Assembly: GCA_964504205.1 (NCBI GenBank) | Contig: CAZDDE010000001.1 | Location: 58,473 to 122,472 of the forward strand | Direction: 5' to 3' | DNA from: an uncultured Candidatus Saccharibacteria bacterium | GTDB lineage: Bacteria; Patescibacteriota; Minisyncoccia; Spechtbacterales; HO2-43-30 | Length of the DNA: 64,000 bases | Part shown: piece by piece, positions 27,862 through 36,480 of the stretch | Position numbering within the stretch: the stretch's first letter is position 1 | Layout: every line of letters starts with the position of its first letter | Program-made: the position numbers and the translations under genes | The notes under the pieces: model-generated | Seen by the model: only the letters and a program-made list of their open reading frames with translations | Databases searched by the model: none | What the model was told of the DNA's origin: nothing

Positions 27862-28382
27862 TGCAATATCTAGTGGCACTATCTCAAAATTTTGTCCTAT
27901 CTTGGGATCTCGTTATAGTGGTTTTCTTATTCTTTGCCGCTTTTTTCTATGGTTTTAGCGCAGGATCGCGCAAGATCGGCACTCTCCTTGTAAGTTTCTA
28001 TTTTAGTTATACGCTTATCGGGATTGCGCCGTATCTTGAGTTTTTTCTTGATGAAATGTCCGATTATCGCGCCGCGATCATGAAAGTTGCGCTTTTTGTT
28101 CTGCTAGGTTTTGTTTTATTTTTTCTGCTTACTGGCTCAATCCTGCGCTCTTCGCTTGGATTGCCGAAGAAAGAAGATAATCAGTGGTGGCACTTTTTGC
28201 TGCTGGGCATAGTTTCTGCCGGATTTTTAATTTCTTCAGCGCTTGTATTTACACCCGAGTCGTTTTATGATAAACTTTCTACTATCACGCGCGAGAGTTT
28301 TTTGGAAAACAATGCGCAATTTTGGTGGGCGCTGGGGGGAGTAGCCGCGCTTGTAATTTTACGAAAAACGAAAAAAGGGTAG
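27861..28382 (+). CDS. small integral membrane protein, CvpA-like topology
   Basis: 173 aa with four predicted transmembrane helices; no catalytic motifs. Confidence 0.4.
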   Translation: MQYLVALSQNFVLSWDLVIVVFLFFAAFFYGFSAGSRKIGTLLVSFYFSYTLIGIAPYLEFFLDEMSDYRAAIMKVALFVLLGFVLFFLLTGSILRSSLGLPKKEDNQWWHFLLLGIVSAGFLISSALVFTPESFYDKLSTITRESFLENNAQFWWALGGVAALVILRKTKKG

Positions 28383-28501
28383 CGACAATGTACTCTCGCC
28401 TTCGGCGAGAGCCCGGGGAAACCTTTGTTATGCCGTCCCGCTTCGCGGGACATGGCAAACTAAGGTAGGTTTCCCGCAAAAAGCCAAGCAGTTGGCTTTT
28501 T
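28383..28501 (+). ncRNA. compact structured element (three nested hairpins, two with a UUCG loop) ending in a terminator-like hairpin, immediately 5' of tRNA-Lys
   Basis: CTCTCGC-CTTCGG-CGAGAG; long-range GGGAAACCT...AGGTTTCCC stem enclosing GTCCCG-CTTCG-CGGGAC; then GCCAA-gcagt-TGGC followed by TTTTTG. Confidence 0.4.
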
Positions 28502-28575
28502 GCCCCTATAGCTCAACGGCAGAGCAATGGCCTTTTAAGCCACTGATGAAGGTTCGATTCCTTCTGGGGGCACCA
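28502..28575 (+). tRNA. tRNA-Lys (anticodon UUU), with encoded CCA
   Basis: Manual cloverleaf: acceptor GCCCCTA/TGGGGGC, D-stem GCTC/GAGC, anticodon stem TGGC/GCCA with loop CTTTTAA, T-arm GAAGG-TTCGATT-CCTTC; 74 nt. Confidence 0.9.
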
Positions 28576-28703
28576 GATAATACTTTCACGATCTTGGGGG
28601 AAAGAAAACTTTGGGATGAATGACTAAATTTGGTTGATACTAAATAAGGGAAAGTAGCTCTTTTCCAAGCTCATTTGGTTGTTTTCTGCCATGATTCGCG
28701 TGT

Positions 28704-29696
28704 ATGAAAACACTACACGCGAAATCTCCTTGTTGCCGAGGGAATATAAATCGTTTCGGCAAGCGTCGCAGACAATGTTCGATATGCAAGCGCACATGGC
28801 GCATCCGGCAAAAAAGCCGTGGCAGGAAGCGGAAACGCGTTGATCGCCGACTGGTTCACCGGATACTCGTCGAGCATCGGACTTTTCAGCATCACTGTCG
28901 CAAAGGAGCGATTTCACAAAGCGGTTTCAGCAAACGATTTTCAAAAGCCATCCGTTCCGATCCGCAACTCGGATCGCGCCTGCGTTTTCCATCTGGCCCA
29001 TACGCGCTATTGGGCGATGGCTTGTATTTCAAATTCAAACGGATGGACTGGGTAATGTATGTTATGGCGGTGAAGCCGGTTAAATCTCGTCGAGCTTTCT
29101 TTCTTGATCCTGTCTTGCTTCAAGGAAAAGAATGTTATGAGCGATGGCGCATGGCTTTAGATACACTGCGACCAGAGACCAAGAAGCGCATTAAGGCCTT
29201 TGTTTCCGATGGCTTTCGAGGATCCAAGCTCATCGCCAAGGAAGATGACTGGATTCATCAACGCTGTCATTTCCACCTCTTGATGGCGCTGATCCGCAGA
29301 CACGGCAGGCGATCGTATCGCACCAAGGGCGCGGGTATTCGTGAAAAATTGTTGGGAGTTGTTCGGATATTGCTTACTACTCCGGACAGTACCGCTTTGA
29401 AAAGGCAGACGCTTAAAGCCCGACGACTAATCTCACATCCGCTTTGTCCGCCTTGGATCCGCATCCAGACCGTTGAGTTTCTTCGCACCCTCGATGATTT
29501 CCGCGCTTATCTTATACATCCAGAATTGAATCTGCCGACAACCAACAACTCAATCGAATCCAGCGGAAAGATTATTAGAAAAGCAACAAGTACCGCGCGA
29601 ACACCGCAGTCGGTTCTACTTCGCGCGACGGCGTTTCTGCGGCTCAAGAAATCTATTACTTGCAACGGCAAATCTTCAACCAAATTACGTCAATGA
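28704..29696 (+). CDS. IS1-family-like DDE transposase with an N-terminal InsA-type zinc finger
   Basis: CC..(11)..QCSICKRTW resembles the InsA CxxC...CxxC-RKTW finger; central ..VSDGFRGSKLI.... and C-terminal TTNNSIESSGKIIRK recall DDE transposases (IS1/IS66-like); 11-bp inverted repeats AATTTGGTTGA at 28627-28637 and 29677-29687 (reverse complement); sits next to a tRNA. Confidence 0.55.
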   Translation: MKTLHAKSPCCRGNINRFGKRRRQCSICKRTWRIRQKSRGRKRKRVDRRLVHRILVEHRTFQHHCRKGAISQSGFSKRFSKAIRSDPQLGSRLRFPSGPYALLGDGLYFKFKRMDWVMYVMAVKPVKSRRAFFLDPVLLQGKECYERWRMALDTLRPETKKRIKAFVSDGFRGSKLIAKEDDWIHQRCHFHLLMALIRRHGRRSYRTKGAGIREKLLGVVRILLTTPDSTALKRQTLKARRLISHPLCPPWIRIQTVEFLRTLDDFRAYLIHPELNLPTTNNSIESSGKIIRKATSTARTPQSVLLRATAFLRLKKSITCNGKSSTKLRQ

Positions 29697-29840
29697 ACCC
29701 AAAACTTTTCATAAGATTCTTTCCAAGAGGCGGCGCGTGCCGCATCTTGACTTTTATGGTCTGATATACTATCTTTGATTGAAGCTTTGGCATGGTGCTG
29801 AAGCAGGAATCAACCTGTACCTTGAAAGGAGGATAGACAA

Positions 29841-30473
29841 GTGGAAAGAATCTACGCATTCCTTCCGTCCGTTTTGGTCATGGCCTGTATCGCTGGTGTC
29901 ACGTTTCTCTACGTGAAGTGGGTCATCAAGCGGTTCGGCGACAACTTCAAGAGCGTCGAGTGGCATGAGAAGAATCAGCGGAAGGTCATCTGGGCCGTCG
30001 GCACGCCACTGGCCCATGTGTGGGCACCAGCAGTGGAGGAATTGATCTTCCGCGCTCCACTCATCATCGCGTTTGGTGCGATGTCTTCAGTCGCATGGTA
30101 CGGAGTTTTCGCGTCAAGCGGGCTCTTCGCGTTATCACACTGGTTCGGAAAGAAAATCTGGATGCCAGATATTCTTTCCGCGCGAGAGAATGGCAACCAC
30201 AAGACAGACGATGTGGTGGCAGAAGCGAATCGGCTCCACGCAGAGGAGGGGAAGATGATTATGGTGCGTAAGGTGCTCCATGTTGTCTTCACTCTACCCC
30301 TCGGCATCTTGGCTGGATACTACGGTATCAAGTATCAATCCATCTGGGTGGCCTTCGGGATTCACTCGGTGTGGAACCTCGTCATGCCGATCGTGGTTTC
30401 AATCCTCATGCTCTTGGGAGTGCTCACCCTCGTCGGCATCTCGTCTCTGTGGGACAGAGTAAGGTCGTGGTAA
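29841..30473 (+). CDS. CPBP-family (CAAX protease / Abi) intramembrane metalloprotease
   Basis: EELIFR (EExxxR motif 1), FALSHWF (FxxxH motif 2), HSVWN (HxxxN motif 3); GTG start with an AAGGAGG RBS. The gene uses mainly G/C-ending codons (GTC, ACG, TTC, GGC, AAG), whereas the flanking housekeeping genes use mainly A/T-ending codons (AAA, GAA, ATT). Confidence 0.75.
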   Translation: MERIYAFLPSVLVMACIAGVTFLYVKWVIKRFGDNFKSVEWHEKNQRKVIWAVGTPLAHVWAPAVEELIFRAPLIIAFGAMSSVAWYGVFASSGLFALSHWFGKKIWMPDILSARENGNHKTDDVVAEANRLHAEEGKMIMVRKVLHVVFTLPLGILAGYYGIKYQSIWVAFGIHSVWNLVMPIVVSILMLLGVLTLVGISSLWDRVRSW

Positions 30474-30488
30474 CTCAGCAAACAGTCA

Positions 30489-30545
30489 AGCGAGCACAAC
30501 TCGCTCCATATAGCTCCTCGCTCACGCGCGGAGCTATTTCTTTTT
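30489..30545 (+). terminator. rho-independent terminator downstream of the CPBP protease gene
   Basis: AGCTCC-tcgctcacgcgc-GGAGCT followed by ATTTCTTTTT. Confidence 0.6.
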
Positions 30546-30844
30546 AATAATTTGAAAGAACAAAGAATTTGCCGCCAAGACTGAAATTCGTTAGAATTTC
30601 AGTAATCCGAATGCCGCCAAAGAAAAACTTGAAATTGTCATTCGTGCGGCTCCGCCGCCTTTCCGGATTTTCGCGGGGGGACTTCCTCGCTCCGACGCAG
30701 GTCGGAGCGAAAGCGGTTCGGACTAATTCAAGTATCCTACATTTTAATCCGATATTATTAAGAAGGAGTACGCCGAGCCACTCGCTAAGAGGGTTTAAGC
30801 CCGAGCAGAACGCCACCTTAAACCTCTTCTGACCTGTCTTAAAT

Positions 30845-30882
30845 AAAAAAAACGTTCTGCCCGAGAATAATACGGCAGAACG
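30845..30882 (-). terminator. rho-independent terminator for the minus-strand gene 30907-31335
   Basis: CGTTCTGCC / GGCAGAACG 9-bp stem with an 8-nt T-run on the minus strand (A8 on plus at 30845-30852). Confidence 0.7.
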
Positions 30883-30906
30883 TGCCTTACGCAATAGTTT
30901 TGTTTA

Positions 30907-31335
30907 TTAATCCTGCGCATCGCCTTTTTGCCAGGGAAGCTTTAGGACTTCACAAACTTTATACTCCCCGGTCTCCTCTTCCCTTTCAATACAACCAACA
31001 AGTTTTCCTTCCTCCGTCTTCTCTACGCACCAAGAAACGACAAGGAGCGCGTATTTTATCAATTCATCAGCGGTTTTACTGCCAGTTTTCGCGATTAAAT
31101 TGTTCAATGACTCTGTAGCAGCAAGACCACTTTGCTCCCTTGACGTTATTGTTACGCATCTTGCGCACCATTCTCCTATTTCCCCATCTTCTGTTCTATA
31201 TATTCGCAGCCTTCTCTGACATAATGGGTGGACGTAAAAGCTAGCAACAGAGCGACCCGGCTTAACAGATATATCCGTTTCCCCACAGTCTATTATTCCT
31301 AACCTTCTCGCTTTGGCGTTTATGTTGCCAAACAT
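30907..31335 (-). CDS. hypothetical Cys-containing protein. Start placed at the internal ATG with a GGAGG RBS; the track's GTG start at 31401 has no RBS.
   Basis: 142-164 aa; strong GGAGG 5 nt upstream of ATG 31335; HPLC....EWCARC cysteine cluster; no family recognised. Confidence 0.45.
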   Translation of the reverse strand: MFGNINAKARRLGIIDCGETDISVKPGRSVASFYVHPLCQRRLRIYRTEDGEIGEWCARCVTITSREQSGLAATESLNNLIAKTGSKTADELIKYALLVVSWCVEKTEEGKLVGCIEREEETGEYKVCEVLKLPWQKGDAQD

Positions 31336-31401
31336 CTCAACCTCCGCTGTATCTTTGGCTAATTTACAACCTAGGGCTAGATTAACATTTCTTATGCCCA
31401 C

Positions 31402-31429
31402 ATGTCAAGGCATTACGCCGCTTGACATA
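31402..31429. promoter_or_regulatory. palindromic operator/divergent promoter element ATGTCAAG-N11-CTTGACAT. Each arm carries a TTGACA -35 hexamer on the opposite strand.
   Basis: Perfect 8-bp inverted repeat between divergent genes 30907-31335 (-) and 31505-31798 (+). Confidence 0.5.
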
Positions 31430-31504
31430 CGCTTTATGCTGTGCTTCAATGGAGTCATAGTAGCTCGATAACAGCACATTTCACAACAGAAAGGAGCGAA
31501 AGTT

Positions 31505-31798
31505 ATGGCAAAGAAGATTCCCGGACTGAAACTGATCAGGCACAACGCCAGTGGCGTAGACTTGCCGGACGACCCGTCCTTCCCATTCAAGCTGGAGGCC
31601 AACTTCAGCTCCCCGAAGTTCATGGAGTTCGCGTTCGTTTCGATATGCGGTGGGAGCGAGGAAATCGTCGTGCGGGGCATGACGAAGGAGTCGCTGGACG
31701 AGTTCGTGGAGATGAACCATCTTAGCACTCATGCGAGGCTCCGTGGGCTCACGATAACCGGTCCCGACGGCATCGTGGAGCAAATACCGAAAGTCTAG
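31505..31798 (+). CDS. hypothetical small protein
   Basis: 97 aa; AAAGGAG RBS 7 nt upstream; mainly G/C-ending codons like the CPBP gene; preferred over the overlapping minus-strand ORF 31405-31728. Confidence 0.55.
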   Translation: MAKKIPGLKLIRHNASGVDLPDDPSFPFKLEANFSSPKFMEFAFVSICGGSEEIVVRGMTKESLDEFVEMNHLSTHARLRGLTITGPDGIVEQIPKV

Positions 31799-32028
31799 CT
31801 CCGCAACTCGAAGTGAGCCGAGCAAATGTTCACGCCAGGGCCCCTCGCGGAATTCAATTCTGCTTGGGGCTCTACTTTTTTCTAAAATTGAAAGATAATC
31901 ATGTTTTATCGGGCAGGGCCGAGATATGTGATATTGTTCGCTTGACACAAAGTATCGGCGGTGTTAATGTTAAGATAGTTTAGATAATTTACAGTACATG
32001 GCACATTAAAAATTTTGAGGGAGGTAAT

Positions 32029-32826
32029 ATGACTACTCCAGCCGACCGCAACAAGCAAGAAATAGTTTTTTTGGGTGAGCTATTAGAGCTATTAGGCCAC
32101 GGTGGTGCGATTGTAAAATGGCAGCGCGATGAACTAAAGGAAGTATTGCTTGCCAATCTTATACCCGATCGTGTTTCGGCAAAGTATACAGCAGTATTTG
32201 TCGTTGATATGATCAATGATTTCTGCAGGCCCGGCGGAGCTTTGTACGATCCGCGCATCGAAGCGATTATTCAACCTGTGGTTGACTTGCTTAAATCCGC
32301 GCATGCGCTCGGAGTTGAAAAATTTATCCTTGTTCAGGAGGGCCATTCGCCCGACGCAAAAGAGTTTAACCAGTTTCCTGCGCATGGCGTATGGGGGACT
32401 GAAGGTGCCGAAGTAATTGATGAAATAACGCGGCTTCCTTTTGCCCAAAAGTTTGTTGTTTTTCGCAAAAATGCCATCCCGCCGATATTTGCCCGCGAGC
32501 AAATCATGATTGCAAACCGCGTTCCCGCGCTTGGTATGACCATGGAGCAGTTTATGCGCCGTCTTGACGCAAAACTAGTCATTAACATTGGCGACTGCAC
32601 GGACCTTTGTGCGCGTGAAATGCCGATGTATCAAAAGTATTGGGCTAATCAGTTCCAGCGCGATTTGCGGATTATTGTCCCCGAAAACTGCGTCGCCACA
32701 TTTCACTTGGCAGTGGAAACCGCCAAACAACTCGGATTAAAATCGCATCCGGCGGAAGTAATGCATCTTCTCGCCCTTTATGAAATGTCCCGTCACGGAA
32801 TCGAAGTTGTGAAAAGGTTAGTGTAA
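32029..32826 (+). CDS. pncA: isochorismatase-family cysteine hydrolase, nicotinamidase-like
   Basis: AVFVVDMINDFC (Asp of the catalytic triad), GDCTDLC (catalytic Cys), strong GAGGGAGG RBS; 1-nt overlap with pncB. Confidence 0.7.
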   Translation: MTTPADRNKQEIVFLGELLELLGHGGAIVKWQRDELKEVLLANLIPDRVSAKYTAVFVVDMINDFCRPGGALYDPRIEAIIQPVVDLLKSAHALGVEKFILVQEGHSPDAKEFNQFPAHGVWGTEGAEVIDEITRLPFAQKFVVFRKNAIPPIFAREQIMIANRVPALGMTMEQFMRRLDAKLVINIGDCTDLCAREMPMYQKYWANQFQRDLRIIVPENCVATFHLAVETAKQLGLKSHPAEVMHLLALYEMSRHGIEVVKRLV

Positions 32827-34061
32827 TGGAACCGATTTTCAATTCACAGCTCGATGTAGATTTCTATAAATTTCCGATGGCACAGATGGTTTTTCATAAG
32901 TATCCCGATGTTCCCGTACGATATGCGCTAACGAACAGAACATCTGGCGTGAATCTAGCAGATCATATTCGCCAAGGGGATGTGCGATATGAACTGGATC
33001 ATGTACGCACGCTCCGATTTGGCAATAGTGATTTGCATTATCTTCGCGGCACAAATGAACATGGCATGCGCATGTTTGCGGAGGATTATCTTGATTTTCT
33101 GCGCACACTTCAACTGCCTCCTTACGACCTTTTTGTTTCTGCCGGCCAATTAAAACTGGAGTTTAGCGGCCGCTGGTGCGAGGCGATATATTGGGAGACG
33201 ATCGCTCTTTCTATAATTAACGAATTATATAACCGTTCGCAATTAAATCGGTTGAGCAAATTTGCACAGGATTTAGTATATGCCGAAGGCAAACAGCGAC
33301 TCGGAAAAAAGATCATACAATTGCGCCACGAGGCTTTTCCTGTGATGTTTTCTGATTTCGGCACGCGCCGCCGCTTTTCCCGCGAATGGCAAGATTATGT
33401 AATCGGCGTCTTGGTTGAAGAATTGCCGAAAAACTTTATTGGAACGTCCAATGTCGCGTTTGCCCAAAAGTATAACATAGTGCCGATGGGTACATCTGCA
33501 CATGAGCTTTATATGGCGATGGGCGCTATAATGGAAGCGCGCGGTAGAAGTGTTAAAGAAGCCCAACAGCAAGTTATGCAGGACTGGTGGGATGAATTCG
33601 GCTGGGGCTTGTCTATAGCTCTTACAGATACGTGGGGCACAGATTTTTTCTTTGAGCAAATGACTCATGAGCAGGCAAGAGACTGGAAGGGTTTAAGACA
33701 AGATTCTGGAGATCCTTTTGCGTTTGGGGAGAAAGCCTTGCGCTTTTACAAATTTCACAACGTTGATTCGCAGGGGAAAATGATTATTTTCAGTGATGGA
33801 TTAGATGTCGCGACGATGATTGAATTAAACAAACGGTTCCGTGATTACATACGTGTTAGTTTCGGATGGGGTACAAATCTCACTAACGACCTTGGAATTC
33901 CAGCGCTTTCGCTTGTGGTAAAGCTCATCGAAGCGATGGGCCGAGGAACCGTAAAGTTAAGCGATAATCTCGCGAAAGCCGTCGGCAGGGCAGAAGATAT
34001 AGAACGTTATAAACGAGAACTTGGCTACACAAATACATTCTTTCAAAACTGCAAATACTAA
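32826..34061 (+). CDS. pncB: nicotinate phosphoribosyltransferase
   Basis: SDFGTRRR, GTSAHE and a C-terminal S.GL motif typical of NAPRTase. Confidence 0.85.
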   Translation: MEPIFNSQLDVDFYKFPMAQMVFHKYPDVPVRYALTNRTSGVNLADHIRQGDVRYELDHVRTLRFGNSDLHYLRGTNEHGMRMFAEDYLDFLRTLQLPPYDLFVSAGQLKLEFSGRWCEAIYWETIALSIINELYNRSQLNRLSKFAQDLVYAEGKQRLGKKIIQLRHEAFPVMFSDFGTRRRFSREWQDYVIGVLVEELPKNFIGTSNVAFAQKYNIVPMGTSAHELYMAMGAIMEARGRSVKEAQQQVMQDWWDEFGWGLSIALTDTWGTDFFFEQMTHEQARDWKGLRQDSGDPFAFGEKALRFYKFHNVDSQGKMIIFSDGLDVATMIELNKRFRDYIRVSFGWGTNLTNDLGIPALSLVVKLIEAMGRGTVKLSDNLAKAVGRAEDIERYKRELGYTNTFFQNCKY

Positions 34062-34135
34062 CCCCGCTTGCCAAAGGCGGGTTTTTTGTTAGGATGATCT
34101 TAGAACCTTTAGCAAAACGCAAAACGGAGGCTAAG

Positions 34136-34768
34136 ATGGGAAATCGGGCAGTTTGGCTTGCGGCTGTTGACCATATAACCTATGTTGTTAGCCCACATAC
34201 GATCAAGCGATGGGCATGGTATTATACCGAAATCTTGGGCGGAAAACTCACTAAGAGAATAGATGATGTTGACCCCAAAGGCAAATCTAGTATGATGCTT
34301 TGGGAGATCGATTTTGGCAGTTTTGCAATCGCTCTTGTCGCTGGGATAGATCGTAAAGAGAAGTCGCACATCACCACTTTTTGGCGTATGCACGGCGACC
34401 GCACTGTTCAGCACGTCGCCTTTCGACCGCGAGGCGAAGATCTAGATGGCCTTAATGCACGCCTTGAGCAATACGGCGCTCGCTTTCAAGGCAAGCTTCT
34501 GGTTCGACAGGAAGGCGATGATTTAGTGAAACAAATCTTCTTAGCGCCGGCAGATGAGATGGTTAATCCGGCGGAGTCTAGTTTTGACGAGCTCCAACGC
34601 AGACCGGGCAAAGATTCACCAATAACATTTGATGAAAATGTCGCGGAAAATCTATACCACTCAGCTCAAGAACGGATGACGAGCGGTACCTGTGTGCCCA
34701 TGGTTGACTGGTCGCTGATGCCCAAGGACTGGGAGCCGCCAGAGCCAGAGCCAGAACCAGAAAGCTAG
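34136..34768 (+). CDS. hypothetical protein, possibly VOC/glyoxalase-like, with a C-terminal PEPEPE tail
   Basis: GGAGG RBS before ATG 34136 (the track start at 34094 lacks an RBS); weak similarity to beta-alpha-beta-beta-beta VOC modules; low confidence in function. Confidence 0.4.
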   Translation: MGNRAVWLAAVDHITYVVSPHTIKRWAWYYTEILGGKLTKRIDDVDPKGKSSMMLWEIDFGSFAIALVAGIDRKEKSHITTFWRMHGDRTVQHVAFRPRGEDLDGLNARLEQYGARFQGKLLVRQEGDDLVKQIFLAPADEMVNPAESSFDELQRRPGKDSPITFDENVAENLYHSAQERMTSGTCVPMVDWSLMPKDWEPPEPEPEPES

Positions 34769-34810
34769 GGAAACCTAGCTTTTTTACTTCTCCTGTGATA
34801 TATTGTCCAC

Positions 34811-35473
34811 ATGACGCATCAAGATCAAAATATCAAAGTTGCCGTTGACATTGTCATTTTTACAATACTGGATAATGCCCTGCAGGTTATTTTAATTCAA
34901 ATGAAGAAACGGCCATTGACAAAAAAATGGGCTTTCCCGGGCGGGCTGATCGCGAATTCTGAATCTCTTGATGACGCGGCGAAACGAGAACTTGCCGAAA
35001 AAGCCGGCGTAAAAAATGTCTATCTTGAACAGCTTTATACTTTCGGCCACCCTAAGCGCGATCCGTATGGCCGGGTTGTATCTTGTGCCTATTTTGCGCT
35101 TATCAACAGCGAGAGCATCAAATTAGAGACAACCGAAAAATACTCTGGCGTTAAATGGTTTAATGTTAAAAAACTTCCAGAATTTGCGTACGATCATGTA
35201 AAGTTAGCAAAATATGCCCTCCAGCGCCTGCACTGGAAGCTTGAATATACTAATGTTGTCTATAGCCTTCTGCCGCGGCGTTTTACGCTTTCCAATTTGC
35301 GCCGTGTTTACGAAATAATTCTTGGTCGTAAAATAGACCGGCGCAATTTTCAGCGCAAAGTCCTTTCACTGAATTTGCTTAAAACAACACGGCGAAGACA
35401 ATTTGGCAAACATAGACCGGCAGTACTTTATGAATTTAAAATACGGAAACCAGCGATTGTGGAGGTATTGTAG
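34811..35473 (+). CDS. nrtR: NrtR-type Nudix-related transcriptional regulator of NAD metabolism
   Basis: N-terminal Nudix fold (GGLIANSESLDDAAKRELAEKAGV) fused to a C-terminal winged-helix domain (FTLSNLRRVYEIILGRKIDRRNFQRKV) characteristic of NrtR; sits within the pncA-pncB...nadK cluster. Confidence 0.72.
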   Translation: MTHQDQNIKVAVDIVIFTILDNALQVILIQMKKRPLTKKWAFPGGLIANSESLDDAAKRELAEKAGVKNVYLEQLYTFGHPKRDPYGRVVSCAYFALINSESIKLETTEKYSGVKWFNVKKLPEFAYDHVKLAKYALQRLHWKLEYTNVVYSLLPRRFTLSNLRRVYEIILGRKIDRRNFQRKVLSLNLLKTTRRRQFGKHRPAVLYEFKIRKPAIVEVL

Positions 35474-36465
35474 TGAACATCGAAAAATGGCGGAGCAATT
35501 TTATCCGATGCCCAAGCCGTTTGTGCAAAAATCCCAAAATGGGCTGGACTGTTGTGCGACAACTCGGTAACGGTCTTCGTGAGTATAAATGCTCTTGTTG
35601 CGCGAGGTCATTCTACTTTAATGTAAAGACTTGGCAGATGTTTCGCTGGCATCCCAAATATAGTTCCTTGAAATATCTGCCGTTTGCAAAGAGAATGGAT
35701 GAAACGGATCAAAACACCATTAATAGATTCTCGAGCCGCGCGCGAAAACTCGGCATTACCCCTGAATTTAATGCGCAAGATTGCGATTTTCTGCTCGTTC
35801 TTGGCGGCGATGGCACCATGCTTAAAGCGGTGCATAACTTTGCTGAATTCCATAAACCCTTTGTGGGTATAAATTATGGTCATCGCGGATTTCTGCTTAA
35901 CGAAAAGGACGAATTTTTCTTTGAAAAAATCCGCGACGAGGATTATGATATTTTCAGCGCGCCCTTACTTGAGGCAATAATCACAATGGAAGACAACAGC
36001 CAAGTTCGCGAACTCGCCCTGAACGACATCATAATCAGTGAAGATAGCGGACAAAGCGCCTTGCTTGAAGTCATGATCAACGACGTCATTCTTGACAGCG
36101 GCCTATTTGGCGATGGGTTGATTGTAAGCACGCCTCTTGGCTCCACGGCATACACAGCTAATGCCGGCGGCGTGCCAATAGCGCCAACCCTGCCAGTCCT
36201 TGAACTTACCCCGATTGCTCCTCAACCGCGGAATCGCATACCGCTCGTTGTGCCGGAAACGAGCATCGTTACGATAAAAGCGCTTGAATTGCCGAAACGC
36301 AAGGTAAAAGTTAATCAGGGGAGTATTTTTCAGCATAGTGATGTGTCCAAGGTAGAAGTGCGCCTTGCAAAGGAACGTGTCGAGTTAGTATTCTTTAAAC
36401 CGCGCGATATATCTTGGGACAACTTTTTCCTTGAGCGATTTTGCGAAAAAGTATATAAAGTATAA
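35473..36465 (+). CDS. nadK: NAD kinase with an N-terminal C4 zinc-ribbon extension
   Basis: GGDGT, NYGHRGFL (NxGxxGFL) and DGLIVSTPLGSTAYTANAGGVPI motifs; the N-terminal 40 aa CPSRLC...(17)...CSCC resemble an InsA-type transposase zinc ribbon. Confidence 0.85.
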   Translation: MNIEKWRSNFIRCPSRLCKNPKMGWTVVRQLGNGLREYKCSCCARSFYFNVKTWQMFRWHPKYSSLKYLPFAKRMDETDQNTINRFSSRARKLGITPEFNAQDCDFLLVLGGDGTMLKAVHNFAEFHKPFVGINYGHRGFLLNEKDEFFFEKIRDEDYDIFSAPLLEAIITMEDNSQVRELALNDIIISEDSGQSALLEVMINDVILDSGLFGDGLIVSTPLGSTAYTANAGGVPIAPTLPVLELTPIAPQPRNRIPLVVPETSIVTIKALELPKRKVKVNQGSIFQHSDVSKVEVRLAKERVELVFFKPRDISWDNFFLERFCEKVYKV

Positions 36466-36480
36466 AAGGAGCATTAAATT

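Noticed and set aside
28655-29730. CTTT(T)CCAAG direct repeats at 28656-28665 and 29722-29730 as a target-site duplication of the IS1-like element
   Set aside because: The right copy is about 35 bp beyond the best inverted-repeat match and the copies differ by one T. It cannot be distinguished from chance.
30544-30894. ORFs 30544-30894 (-) and 30569-30832 (+) in the gap between the CPBP gene and the minus-strand gene
   Set aside because: They are mutually overlapping and lack RBSs. The region is better explained as two terminators plus hairpin-rich spacer (GAAATTCGTTAGAATTTC, GGCGGCTCCGCCGCC, GGAGCGAAAGCGGTTCGGACT).
31405-31728. 107-aa minus-strand ORF overlapping the plus-strand gene 31505-31798
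   Set aside because: The plus-strand ORF has a strong RBS and coherent GC3 codon bias. The minus ORF lacks an RBS and would run through the palindromic operator.
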